A stretch of 64,000 bases of DNA from Verrucomicrobiia bacterium (GTDB lineage: Bacteria > Verrucomicrobiota > Verrucomicrobiia > Chthoniobacterales > UBA6821): positions 26,306-90,305 of the forward strand of contig JBEIJN010000003.1 of assembly GCA_040380225.1 (NCBI GenBank), written 5' to 3'. A model generated the notes under the pieces. That model saw only the letters and a program-made list of their open reading frames with translations. It was not told where the DNA came from and made no database searches. Both the position numbers and the translations under genes were made by a program. This document shows, piece after piece, positions 1 through 8,764 of the stretch. Each line of letters starts with the position of its first letter. Position 1 is the stretch's first letter.

Positions 1-2
1 TC

Positions 3-527
3 GTCCAGTATTTCGGGGAGTTGGGTGCGGAGCCCGTCGTCAGGCGCAATGACGAGATCACGATCGGGGAGATTGAAGCGATGGCTCCCGAACGTCTCTG
101 CATTTCACCCGGACCATGCACACCGAAGGAAGCCGGCATCAGTTGCGAGGTGCTTAGACGCTTCGCAGGATCATTCCCGATTCTCGGTGTCTGTCTCGGT
201 CATCAGTGCATGGGGGATGTCTATGGCGGTGAGGTGGTCAGGGCGGAACGCCTGATGCATGGCAAGACTTCCCCGATCCTGCACAACGGGGAGGATCTCT
301 TTGCCGGACTTCCGAATCCCTTCGAGGCAACGCGCTACCACAGCCTGCTGGTGAAGAGGAAGACATTCCCCGATTGTCTCGAGATCACGGCTGAAACCGC
401 CGAAGGCGAGATCATGGGCCTGCGTCACAGGGAACTGCCCGTCTGGGGCGTCCAGTTCCATCCCGAGTCGATCCTGACGACCCACGGCAAGGAGCTTCTC
501 GCCAATTTTCTCAAACTGAAGGCCTGA
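3..527 (+). CDS. trpG: Glutamine amidotransferase subunit of anthranilate/aminodeoxychorismate synthase (TrpG/PabA type); 5' end lies outside the window
   Basis: The frame is open from the window edge. It carries the class-I GATase motifs GVCLGHQ (Cys nucleophile) and QFHPES (His/Glu), with a typical TrpG C-terminus. Confidence 0.85.
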   Translation, partial: VQYFGELGAEPVVRRNDEITIGEIEAMAPERLCISPGPCTPKEAGISCEVLRRFAGSFPILGVCLGHQCMGDVYGGEVVRAERLMHGKTSPILHNGEDLFAGLPNPFEATRYHSLLVKRKTFPDCLEITAETAEGEIMGLRHRELPVWGVQFHPESILTTHGKELLANFLKLKA

Positions 528-546
528 GAAATCGGAAGATGGATTT

Positions 547-748
547 CCCGCAGAGGCGCGGAGGCGCGGAGGCGGAGAGAAGCAATGGGGGAACCAAGAG
601 GCGCGCAATCCTAGTGTGATTGGCGCTTCTGAATCTGGGCCACCACGCTTGATTGGGAATATCTGTTGATGAGAGAGGCCTGAAGAGACTTCTTACAGCC
701 TTTGCTCCATTCTCCCTCAGCGCCTCAGCGCCTCAGCGCCTCAGCGGG
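547..748. repeat. GCAGAGGCGC-type inverted-arm element between convergent trpG and lipB
   Basis: The left arm CCCGCAGAGGCGCGGAGGCGCGGAGGCGGAGAG (547-579) faces the right arm CTCCCTCAGCGCCTCAGCGCCTCAGCGCCTCAGCGGG (712-748). Complementarity is imperfect and the spacer is about 130 nt. Confidence 0.7.
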
Positions 749-1378
749 AGAATCTTTTTGGAGTAGTTCGTTAAATATCTCCGCCACTTCCTCGGCGCAG
801 GATTCGACACTGACATTCTTTGCCCCCTCCGCTTCGAGCGATGTCATTGAGACCCCTGGAAGACCGCACGGGGTGATGTGGCTGAAGGCACTCAGATCGC
901 CGCAGATGTTGATCGCGAACCCATGCATGGATATCCACTTGCGCACCCCGACTCCCAGTGAGGCGATCTTTCGTTCGCCGACCCAGACACCCGTCTTCCC
1001 TTCCATGCGACCTCCCGCGATTCCGTGTCGCAAGAGGAGGATGATCAGGATCTCCTCGAGGAAGCGCAGGTAGTCGTGAAGATCTCGTCCGAACAGCGAG
1101 AGATCGAGCACGGGATAGCCCACGAGTTGACCGGGGCCGTGGTAGGTCGCCTGACCACCGCGGTTGGTGCGATGGACGGGGTGGGGGAGGATGCTCTCCT
1201 CCCTGAGGCTGGAATCATCGCGGCTACGGCCCATGGTGTAGACCGGTTCATGTTCAAGAAGCAGAAGGTGATTGTCGGGATCTCCGGCCACCTTCGCGGA
1301 GAGGAGCGATTCCTGAAGTTCAAGCCCCTTCTCGTAACTGATGCGGCCAAGCCATCGGGCGGAGATCACGGGATTCAT
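725..1378 (-). CDS. lipB: Lipoyl(octanoyl) transferase
   Basis: 217-aa ORF with LipB hallmarks (LLLLEHEPVYTMGR, NRGGQATYHGPGQLVGYP, ISMHGFAINI). The last codons overlap the CTCAGCGC repeat arm. Confidence 0.85.
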   Translation of the reverse strand: MNPVISARWLGRISYEKGLELQESLLSAKVAGDPDNHLLLLEHEPVYTMGRSRDDSSLREESILPHPVHRTNRGGQATYHGPGQLVGYPVLDLSLFGRDLHDYLRFLEEILIILLLRHGIAGGRMEGKTGVWVGERKIASLGVGVRKWISMHGFAINICGDLSAFSHITPCGLPGVSMTSLEAEGAKNVSVESCAEEVAEIFNELLQKDSPAEALRR

Positions 1379-1878
1379 TTGGCGCGTGTTGCGGTGACCT
1401 TGAGAACCGGGGAGGAGATGGTCCGCAGATGGGTCAGGCCGATGGCGATTGCATCGGCGGCATCGCTCGGAGGTGTTTCCGTGAGGCCCAGCAGTGCCCT
1501 GATCATGAAAGCAACCTGCTCCTTCGCGGCCGCACCCTTGCCGACCACAGCCTGCTTCACCCGCTTCGGCGGATATTCGTGGATGGAAAGGCCCGCCTGG
1601 GCTGCGGCCAGGACAGCCACCCCACGGGCAGCTCCGAGCACGATGGCTGTGGCGTAGCTCTGCACAAAAATGACCTTCTCGATGGCCAGAGCCGTTGGCT
1701 GATGCCTGGCAATGGCGGCTCCAAGCGCTTCATGGATCGCGATCAGGCAGGCCTCTTGGGAGAGGTTAGGCCGGTTTTTCACCACGGAATACTCCAGGCA
1801 CCGCACCTTGGATCCGATCTCCTCTAGCACCGCAAAGCCAGTTCCACGAAGGGAGGGATCGACGGCCAGGACGCGCAT
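1375..1878 (-). CDS. ruvC: Crossover junction endodeoxyribonuclease RuvC
   Basis: 167-aa ORF starting MRVLAVDPSLRGTGFAVLE, a RuvC-like N-terminus with the catalytic Asp. Its stop overlaps the lipB start by 4 nt. Confidence 0.85.
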   Translation of the reverse strand: MRVLAVDPSLRGTGFAVLEEIGSKVRCLEYSVVKNRPNLSQEACLIAIHEALGAAIARHQPTALAIEKVIFVQSYATAIVLGAARGVAVLAAAQAGLSIHEYPPKRVKQAVVGKGAAAKEQVAFMIRALLGLTETPPSDAADAIAIGLTHLRTISSPVLKVTATRAK

Positions 1879-1951
1879 CCGTCGAGTTTAAGAGGTTTTC
1901 AGCATCCGGTCAAAGAGTGTCCGGACGGTGGAGTGAAGGTTGTGCTGCGGA

Positions 1952-2134
1952 TCAACGTCCACCCTGCGGCATGAAGCCGCCCAGAGCCCCTGTTCCTTCC
2001 CAGGAAGCAGGACGGTTCCATGGAATGGAACTCACGGCCGCACGATCCGGGCTAGCGGTTGGTTCCGGGGCTGACTGGCAGCCGGTGAGGAGAGACAGGA
2101 GCGCGAGAGCTGCGACAATGGAGAAATGTTTCAT
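1952..2134 (-). CDS. Small predicted lipoprotein
   Basis: 60-aa ORF with a signal peptide and lipobox (ALLSLLTGC). No recognisable family. Confidence 0.5.
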   Translation of the reverse strand: MKHFSIVAALALLSLLTGCQSAPEPTASPDRAAVSSIPWNRPASWEGTGALGGFMPQGGR

Positions 2135-2139
2135 CTTAT

Positions 2140-2952
2140 TCAGGGGAGCTTGGGATCCGCTTCCTCTCCAGGGCCCATGTAGATCACGGTATCCCCGGGT
2201 TGGACAGTGAGTCCGGAGCGGACGCTGTTGGCCACGATGTCGGCGATGGAGGTGGAGGGTTCGACCGAGGTGATGCGGACCTTGCCGATGAGTTGGGGGC
2301 CTCTCTTGATGAGCATCTCGGTATTATTGATCACGCCGTTGCGATCCCCAAGGCTTAGGACGACGAAATTCCAAGCGGTATTGACCGCGAGGATACGTCC
2401 CTCAAGCCCGCTTCTCATGGATTTCGAGCGGCGCTGTCCTTCGCGCTCCTTCAGGGTGGAAAGCTGATTTTCCTGATCCTTGAGTTTGGTCTGCAGGCTG
2501 GTGGTAAGAATGTCCTTTTCCTCCAACTGCTTCTTGAGGTCATCCGAAGCTCCTTGGGAAGGCTGGCTGATGGTATTGGCCTTGGTCTCGAGTTCCCCGA
2601 TCCGCTTATCTTTGGCCGCCATATCGGACTTTTGCTGTGCGATCACGGCCTCCTTGTCGGCAACCTGTTTCTGAACGTCCGTCAGGGCGCTGGTTGCCTT
2701 GGCTGCCTTTGCGCGAAGCTCGGTCACTTCCGTGGCGTTCTTCTCAGCATCCGTGCCGGCTATCGCCAGTTTCTCGTTCGCCGTTTTGAGTTCGGAAGCT
2801 GTCTTTTCAGCCTTTTTCGCATTGGAGGCCGACTCATCCCTGTATTTCGAGGCAGTCGCAATCGATTCTGAAAGCTTGGCTTTGTTCAGGTAGCCAAGAG
2901 CTGCGGTTGCCAATGAGATGACGACCACAGCAATGACGAGAATTTTTTGCAT
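2140..2952 (-). CDS. Membrane-anchored coiled-coil protein, function unknown
   Basis: The likely start is the internal Met (MQKILVIAVVVISLATAALG, a TM/signal anchor). A long Lys/Glu/Ala-rich heptad-like region follows, then a compact C-terminal domain. Confidence 0.6.
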   Translation of the reverse strand: MQKILVIAVVVISLATAALGYLNKAKLSESIATASKYRDESASNAKKAEKTASELKTANEKLAIAGTDAEKNATEVTELRAKAAKATSALTDVQKQVADKEAVIAQQKSDMAAKDKRIGELETKANTISQPSQGASDDLKKQLEEKDILTTSLQTKLKDQENQLSTLKEREGQRRSKSMRSGLEGRILAVNTAWNFVVLSLGDRNGVINNTEMLIKRGPQLIGKVRITSVEPSTSIADIVANSVRSGLTVQPGDTVIYMGPGEEADPKLP

Positions 2953-3067
2953 GGGGAAAATCGCTAAGGGGGAAAAATAGTCATTACTCATAATGACATG
3001 GAGGTCTCCGCTCAAGCTTCAAAAACTCCTTTCCGGAGTTGTGTTGTGAAAACGAAGAAGTAGATTA

Positions 3068-3170
3068 GGCACGTCAGGGGCTATGGATGAAAGACCGGTG
3101 AACCCCGCCAGGGCAGGAATGCAGCAACGGCAGCCAGCTCTCTCTTGCCGTAGTTCCCTGACACTCCTTT
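3068..3170 (+). ncRNA. ffs: Signal recognition particle RNA (small bacterial 4.5S type)
   Basis: Contains the domain IV signature CAGG-GCA-GGAA-UGC-AGCA: a GGAA tetraloop closed by 3 bp and flanked by the conserved CAGG/AGCA symmetric loop. The terminal helix pairs GUCAGGG (3073-3079) with CCCUGAC (3056-3062 of the line, i.e. 3156-3162). A T-run follows. Confidence 0.85.
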
Positions 3171-3285
3171 TTTAGGAACCAGTGTGTTGAGGCGTTCAGC
3201 CAAAGATAAGAGGGGCTACGGACCCATGGGTATTACCCCCTCCATTCTTGTTTCCGTGACACTCAAAAACGGCTAGAGAGGAGGG

Positions 3286-4656
3286 ATGCGTCACGGTCGT
3301 TTTGAAGAATCGATGTCCACTCTCCTCAGGGATTACGGGGAATCCGTCTCCTTCGACTGGAGGCTCTATCGCCACGATATCAGGGGGAGCATCGCCCATG
3401 CCCGGGCACTTCTGACAGCCGGATATCTGACCCAGGAGGAGTTTGTCTCGATCAAGGAAGGCCTGGAGACCATCGGGGATGAAATCGCGGCCGGGAAATT
3501 CACCTTCTCTGTGGATCTGGAGGATATCCACATGAACATTGAGAAGGAGCTGACCCGTCGGATCGGTGATGCCGGCGCCAAGCTCCACACCGCCCGCAGC
3601 CGTAATGATCAGGTCGCGACCGATCTGCGCCTCTACCTCCGTGACGAGGTGACCGGTTTGCAGTTCGGCGTTCGCTCCCTGCAGTCGGCGCTTGTGGCTC
3701 TCTCCGCCGCGAATCAGGAAGTCCTCATTCCCGGATACACCCATCTCCAGCGCGCCCAGCCCGTTCCCCTGGCTCACCATCTCCTTGCCTATGTCGAGAT
3801 GCTCGATCGGGATCACGGACGCTTGGCCGATGTGTCGGAACGGATGGACGAGATGCCCTTGGGATCCGGAGCCCTTGCCGCTTCGACCCTCCTCCTTGAC
3901 CGGGAGGCGATAGCCAAGGAACTCGGATTCTCCCGGGTCACGCAAAACAGCCTCGATGGCGTGAGTGACCGTGACTTCGCCCTGGAGTTGCTCTCGGCGC
4001 TGGCCATCCTCGGCATGCACCTTTCCCGACTTTCCGAGGATGTGGTCCTCTGGACCACGACCGAGTTCGGATTTGCCAGATTGAGCGACCGGCATGCGAC
4101 CGGTTCGAGCCTGATGCCCCAGAAGAAAAATCCCGATATCGCGGAGTTGACCCGCGGCAAGACCGGCCGCCTCTATGGCAATCTCTTCCGCCTGCTGACC
4201 GTCCTGAAGGGCCTTCCCATGGCCTACAACCGCGACCTTCAGGAGGACAAGGAGGCTGTGTTCGATTCCGTCGATACGGCACGCATGGCACTCGCCGTCA
4301 CCGCGGAAATGATGGAGGCGCTTTCCTTTCACAAGGAAACCGCCCACCGCTCCGCCTCCGACCCTGCCTTGCTGGCGACCGATCTGGCTGATGAGTTGGT
4401 CCGTGGCGGCATGCCGTTCCGCAACGCCCATGACGTGGTCGGGAAACTTGCTTCCGAATCGGTTCGTCGGGGAGTGCCGCTGGATCAGCTTCCCGAGGAT
4501 CTCCTTCTTGAGCTCTGCCCCTCACTCGTTCCGGGGTGGAAGGCACTCTTCGATCCGATCCGCTCACTCCGGGCCCGTTCGGCCGTGGGAGGCCCTTCGC
4601 CGGAAAATGTCGCGGGGCGCCTGGCCCATTGGAAATCGAAACTGGCGGCAAAGTAA
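3286..4656 (+). CDS. argH: Argininosuccinate lyase
   Basis: 456-aa ORF with fumarate-lyase family motifs (TGSSLMPQKKNPD signature, SRNDQVATD) and ArgH-type length and layout. Confidence 0.9.
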   Translation: MRHGRFEESMSTLLRDYGESVSFDWRLYRHDIRGSIAHARALLTAGYLTQEEFVSIKEGLETIGDEIAAGKFTFSVDLEDIHMNIEKELTRRIGDAGAKLHTARSRNDQVATDLRLYLRDEVTGLQFGVRSLQSALVALSAANQEVLIPGYTHLQRAQPVPLAHHLLAYVEMLDRDHGRLADVSERMDEMPLGSGALAASTLLLDREAIAKELGFSRVTQNSLDGVSDRDFALELLSALAILGMHLSRLSEDVVLWTTTEFGFARLSDRHATGSSLMPQKKNPDIAELTRGKTGRLYGNLFRLLTVLKGLPMAYNRDLQEDKEAVFDSVDTARMALAVTAEMMEALSFHKETAHRSASDPALLATDLADELVRGGMPFRNAHDVVGKLASESVRRGVPLDQLPEDLLLELCPSLVPGWKALFDPIRSLRARSAVGGPSPENVAGRLAHWKSKLAAK

Positions 4657-4673
4657 CAGTCCGGAGATCCCCC

Positions 4674-5453
4674 ATGGAGCTGAACAAGATCTTCTCCTTC
4701 CGGGAGCAGGAGGACGAGCCGCGTCCCTTCATGGATCATCTCGCGGATCTGCGTCTCGTGATCATCCGGATGGCGGTTGTCCTCGTGGTCGCGATGGTGG
4801 GAGCTTTCTTCTTCCGTGATCTCCTGGCATCGGTCATCCAGCGCCCCCTGCTGGCGGTCGACCCGGAGAGAGCCTCCTCCCTTCAGTCGCTTGGCGTGGC
4901 CGACTCGATGACCATTTCGCTCGAACTCTCCTTCTACGCCGGGATGGTTTTTTCCTTTCCCATCCTGGTCTTCCTTCTTGCGCAGTTTCTCTTCCCAGCC
5001 CTGAAACCTACCGAGCGGAAAATCCTCCTGCCTGTCTCCGCGTTCGGCCTCTTTCTCTTTCTCGGGGGGGTACTCTTCGCCTACTTTGTGGTCCTGCCCG
5101 GCACCCTTGATTTCTTCTTCAAGGATGCCAAGGCGATGCATTGGACCCCGACCTGGACTGTCCGCGAGTACTACTCCTTCACCACCCAGTTCCTGATCGC
5201 ATTCGGGGTCGCCTTCGAGATGCCGATGGTGGTGCTTGCCCTCGTGAAACTCGGTGTTCTCAACTCCACGAAGCTCCGCAAGACCCGCTCCGCGGCGATC
5301 GTGACCATCTTCACCGTGGCCGCCTTCATCACGCCTTCACCCGATCTGGTGACCTATCTCCTCATGGGGGGGCCAATGGTGGTGCTTTACGAAGCTTGCA
5401 TTTGGCTCGCCAAGTGGGTCGAACCAAAGCAGGTGGGCGGTATCGGCGAATAA
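4674..5453 (+). CDS. tatC: Twin-arginine translocase subunit TatC
   Basis: The start is taken at the internal ATG (MELNKIF...), giving a TatC-like N-terminus (PFMDHLADLRLVIIR). Six hydrophobic segments follow. The upstream part of the long ORF overlaps the argH 3' end. Confidence 0.85.
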   Translation: MELNKIFSFREQEDEPRPFMDHLADLRLVIIRMAVVLVVAMVGAFFFRDLLASVIQRPLLAVDPERASSLQSLGVADSMTISLELSFYAGMVFSFPILVFLLAQFLFPALKPTERKILLPVSAFGLFLFLGGVLFAYFVVLPGTLDFFFKDAKAMHWTPTWTVREYYSFTTQFLIAFGVAFEMPMVVLALVKLGVLNSTKLRKTRSAAIVTIFTVAAFITPSPDLVTYLLMGGPMVVLYEACIWLAKWVEPKQVGGIGE

Positions 5454-5642
5454 CTTCGTTGGCCTGCGGTTGCCGTAGGATTACTACGGCTGCCCTTGGC
5501 CGCCTTGTTCTTCATCCGATCCTGCCACTCCTGGGAACAATAGATGCAACGGATGCGGAGCAACGGCCGGGCTAGCCAAGGGGATGAAATGGATGGGGAA
5601 TTTCCCATTGTGGTATCTCCTTCGCATATCCCTTTTATCCCG

Positions 5643-5674
5643 TTCATCCCTGTGAGTCTTTTCCTGTCTTCCTG
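5643..5674. repeat. 32-bp perfect direct repeat, copy 1 (TTCATCCCTGTGAGTCTTTTCCTGTCTTCCTG), downstream flank of the TA cassette
   Basis: Identical 32-mer at 6436-6467. About 13 further bp on the 5' side are similar with mismatches. Confidence 0.9.
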
Positions 5675-5727
5675 ATTGGCTTGCCCGTCCTTTGTGATCC
5701 ATCCGTGGGGATTGTTATTCCATGAAA

Positions 5728-6120
5728 TCAGAAGCGTGAAAGGCATTCCCGCGGTGTCAGTATCGGGATGCCTTTGAATTCCTTGAGGACCAAGAGATCT
5801 TGATCGCCCGTCACCAGCAGATCGACTTTTGCGGCGTGGGCGGCTGCCAGCACATGGTCATCGTCCGAGTCACGGCATACTGCCGATGGGAGTGGGGGAG
5901 CCTCGGTCAATTCGGCATCACTTCGCACCGCCCGGATCACCTCGGAGGATTCGGCCTTGGAAAGCTTGGCCTTGGAGAGAAGCTTCTCCTCCAATTCGGA
6001 AAGTATCTCCTTGGATACGACGATCCGGGCGTGGAGCAGGGACTCTTCATAGAGGCCTGCGCACACTCCATGGGAGACAAAGGCCGCGAACAGGACATTC
6101 GTATCGAAGAGGATCCTCAT
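5728..6120 (-). CDS. PIN-domain toxin (VapC-like ribonuclease)
   Basis: 130 aa starting MRILFDTNVLF, with later acidic residues (DSDDDHVLAAA, LLVTGDQDL) typical of PIN toxins. An RHH antitoxin gene lies immediately upstream. Confidence 0.8.
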   Translation of the reverse strand: MRILFDTNVLFAAFVSHGVCAGLYEESLLHARIVVSKEILSELEEKLLSKAKLSKAESSEVIRAVRSDAELTEAPPLPSAVCRDSDDDHVLAAAHAAKVDLLVTGDQDLLVLKEFKGIPILTPRECLSRF

Positions 6121-6129
6121 GAGGGATCC

Positions 6130-6348
6130 TCAAGAGATCTCTTCAAAGACATCCTCATCGGTTGCAAAGCCGGCTTTGCGCCCCTTCGGTACGAGTTTCT
6201 CCCGTAAATTCCTGAAGCGCTCCAGAGCGATCTGCTTACGAAGGGCATCCTGCACTACCTGGCTCCGGCTCTTGCCGCTACTGCGAACCAAGGCGGCAAG
6301 ACCCTCGTTGATCTCCTCTGGCAAGCTGATCGTCAATGTTGCCCTCAT
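6130..6348 (-). CDS. Ribbon-helix-helix (CopG/Arc-like) antitoxin
   Basis: Start taken at MRATLTISLPEEINEGL (beta-strand then helix-helix pattern, SRSQVVQDALRKQI). It sits 10 nt upstream of the PIN gene. Confidence 0.7.
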   Translation of the reverse strand: MRATLTISLPEEINEGLAALVRSSGKSRSQVVQDALRKQIALERFRNLREKLVPKGRKAGFATDEDVFEEIS

Positions 6349-6435
6349 GTATTGGAATCTATTACAGCAAGTCAAAAAGTCAATCCTTTGACTGCTTCAA
6401 ACTCTCGGAATGTTTCTCATGTACCTTTCATCCCT

Positions 6436-6467
6436 TTCATCCCTGTGAGTCTTTTCCTGTCTTCCTG
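6436..6467. repeat. 32-bp perfect direct repeat, copy 2, upstream flank of the TA cassette
   Basis: Identical to 5643-5674. Related words occur at 43409-43434 and 39853-39866. Confidence 0.9.
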
Positions 6468-6493
6468 TTTTCCAGATTTTCATTATCCCAAAG

Positions 6494-6530
6494 AAAAAGG
6501 CCGCGCTCTTTCGGGCGCGGCCTTCTTGTT
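6494..6530. terminator. Bidirectional intrinsic terminator hairpin
   Basis: GGCCGCGC (6499-6506) pairs with GCGCGGCC (6515-6522), flanked by an A-run and a T-rich run. On the minus strand it follows the stop of the 6545-6895 gene with TTTTTCTTT. Confidence 0.75.
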
Positions 6531-6544
6531 GAGTTGTTGGAACC

Positions 6545-6895
6545 TCAGAGGTTCATCTTGATTCCTTGGCCCTGCGCCATGGCGGCGTGCTGTGCGTCGG
6601 TGCAGGGAGCATTCAGCGGAACGTCGGTCTTCACCTCGTTCGCCGTGACGACTCCCTTCTCGAGCATGTAGGCCTCGACCTCTTCGCCGCTGATGTCAGG
6701 CAGCATGACGCCGTTGATCTCCACGCAGGGGGAGAGGGGCTGTCCGCTCTTCTGCTCCATCTCGAAGCGGAAGGAGGGGTTCTTGATGATGTCCTTCTCC
6801 GTGTAGGGGAGGGAGTATTTGGCAAGAACCGCGCGGACTCCGTTGCTCCACCCGCAGGTGGTCTTGAGGTAGGCGGTGATTTCGGGCTGTGACAT
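6545..6895 (-). CDS. Glutaredoxin/thioredoxin-fold protein (CGWS motif)
   Basis: 116-aa product from the internal Met (MSQPEITAYLKTTCGWSNGVRAVL...VEINGVML), a glutaredoxin-like fold pattern. The longer ORF upstream is a shadow of rpsA. Confidence 0.6.
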   Translation of the reverse strand: MSQPEITAYLKTTCGWSNGVRAVLAKYSLPYTEKDIIKNPSFRFEMEQKSGQPLSPCVEINGVMLPDISGEEVEAYMLEKGVVTANEVKTDVPLNAPCTDAQHAAMAQGQGIKMNL

Positions 6896-6932
6896 GGTGT
6901 GTCGGGAGTTGGTCGTGATGAACCGGGAAGGA

Positions 6933-8624
6933 TTACTTCTTCCCTTGGCCTGGACGATACTCCTCCTCGGCGGCGGAGAGTGCCGCGCCGAAGCTGACCA
7001 TGTCCTCGCCGCTCTTGACGGTCTCGAGCGCCTCGCTCTCCTTGCGGAGTGCTTCCTCGCTGTAGCCGGTGGCCTTGATGGAGAGTCCGAGACGACGCTC
7101 GGTCTTGTCGATCTTGATGACGCGGGCCTCGACCTCCTGGCCGGGCTTGAGGACATCCTTGACCTTCTCGACACGGTCCTCGCTGATCTGCGAGATGTGG
7201 ACGAGTCCGTCGATGTCGCCGGGGAGTTCGATGAAGGCGCCGAAGTTGGCGATCTTGGAGACGGTTCCCTTGACGAGATCGCCGACCTTGAACTTGCCCT
7301 CGATCTCCTTCCAGGGATCGGTCTCGAGCTGCTTGACGCCGAGGCTGATGCGCTGGTTGGCCTTGTCGATGTCGATGACGACGGCATCCACCTCGTCGCC
7401 CTTCTTGAGGACTTCGCTCGGGTGGTTGATCTTCTTGGTCCAGCTGAGGTCGGAGACGTGCACCATGCCGTCGATGCCCTCCTCCAGCTCCACGAAGGCG
7501 CCGTAGGCGGTCATGTTGCGGACCTGGCCGCGGACCTGCTTGCCGATGATGTAGCGCTGCTCGATCTCGTCCCAAGGGTTGGGCTCGAGCTGGCGGACGC
7601 CGAGGGAGATCTTCTGATCAGCCTTGTTGACGCCGAGCACGACGGCCTCGATATCCTGACCGAGGGTGAGGACATCCGAAGGACGGGTGATGCGCTTGGT
7701 CCAGGAGAGCTCGGAGACGTGGATGAGTCCCTCGATTCCCTCCTCGATCTGAACGAACGCGCCGTAGGGCATGAGGTTCGTGATCTTTCCGCTAATCTTC
7801 TGGCCGATCGGGAAGCGCTCCTCGATGCGGTCCCAGGGATTGGACTGGAGCTGCTTGAGGCCGAGGCTGATGCGTTCCTTGTCCTTGTTGATCTCGAGGA
7901 CGACGACGGTGAGTCGGTCGCCGGGCTTGACTGCCTCGCTCGGATGGGTGAGGCGGGCCCAGGACATGTCGGTGATGTGGAGGAGTCCGTCGATGCCGTC
8001 GAGATCGAGGAAGGCCCCGAAGTCGGTGATGTTCTTGACGGTTCCCTCGACCTTGTCGCCGGCGCTCATGGTGCCGAGGAACTGCTGGCGGCGCTCACTG
8101 CGCTCGGCCTCGATGAGTTCGCGACGGCTGAGGACGACGTTCTTGCGGTCCTCGTTGAGCTTCACGATCTTGAAGTCGTAGGTGTTGCCCACAAACTGGG
8201 TGAGATCCTTCGGGGGATTGATGTCCACCTGGGAGGCGGGGAGGAAGGCCTCCACACCGACGTTGACGATCAGGCCGCCCTTCACGACGGACTTGACGCG
8301 GCCCTTGATGATGCCCTCGGCCTCGAACAGCTTCACGATCTTGGACCAGTTCTGGCGCTGCGAAGCCTTCTGCTTGGAAAGAATGACCATTCCCTGATCG
8401 TTCTCGAGGCGCTCGAGGAGAACCTCGACCTCGTCTCCGACCTGGATTTCGTCCGGATCATCGAATTCGGATGCGGAGACCACACCCTCGGACTTGTAGC
8501 CGATGTCGATGAGGAATTCCTTGGGGCGCTTCTCGAGGATGTGCCCCTTGACGATGCTGCCTTCGCGGTAGTTTTTGACCGAGGCGGCGATGAGTTGCTG
8601 AAGATCAGCCATTGATGTTGTCAT
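6933..8624 (-). CDS. rpsA: 30S ribosomal protein S1
   Basis: Six tandem S1 (OB-fold) repeats, each with GxVxxIxxFGAFVxL and GLxHxSExS patterns. Start placed at MTTSMADLQQ (8624); 8612 is an alternative. Confidence 0.9.
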   Translation of the reverse strand: MTTSMADLQQLIAASVKNYREGSIVKGHILEKRPKEFLIDIGYKSEGVVSASEFDDPDEIQVGDEVEVLLERLENDQGMVILSKQKASQRQNWSKIVKLFEAEGIIKGRVKSVVKGGLIVNVGVEAFLPASQVDINPPKDLTQFVGNTYDFKIVKLNEDRKNVVLSRRELIEAERSERRQQFLGTMSAGDKVEGTVKNITDFGAFLDLDGIDGLLHITDMSWARLTHPSEAVKPGDRLTVVVLEINKDKERISLGLKQLQSNPWDRIEERFPIGQKISGKITNLMPYGAFVQIEEGIEGLIHVSELSWTKRITRPSDVLTLGQDIEAVVLGVNKADQKISLGVRQLEPNPWDEIEQRYIIGKQVRGQVRNMTAYGAFVELEEGIDGMVHVSDLSWTKKINHPSEVLKKGDEVDAVVIDIDKANQRISLGVKQLETDPWKEIEGKFKVGDLVKGTVSKIANFGAFIELPGDIDGLVHISQISEDRVEKVKDVLKPGQEVEARVIKIDKTERRLGLSIKATGYSEEALRKESEALETVKSGEDMVSFGAALSAAEEEYRPGQGKK

Positions 8625-8764
8625 GATGTGTTTAATAACTTCCGCGGAGAGGCTGTGACCAACCTGTCCTGACGTGACTCCTTTTAAGTGACGGCGGAAG
8701 AGCCGAAAATAGTAGCAATCCCTGCTTGCAGAGCAATGAATTTCTCTCACTCTCTACTCTTTCC

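Noticed and set aside
3196-4431. 411-aa minus-strand ORF antisense to argH.
   Set aside because: It lies entirely within the well-supported argH coding region. The composition-driven open frame shows no recognisable motifs.
6876-8615. 579-aa plus-strand ORF, and the 314- and 280-aa minus-strand ORFs, overlapping rpsA.
   Set aside because: These are shadow ORFs of the highly repetitive, GC-rich S1 gene. Their translations are low-complexity (Asp/Leu/Gly/Ala or Arg/Ser/Pro runs) with no domain signatures, whereas the rpsA frame has six clean S1 repeats.
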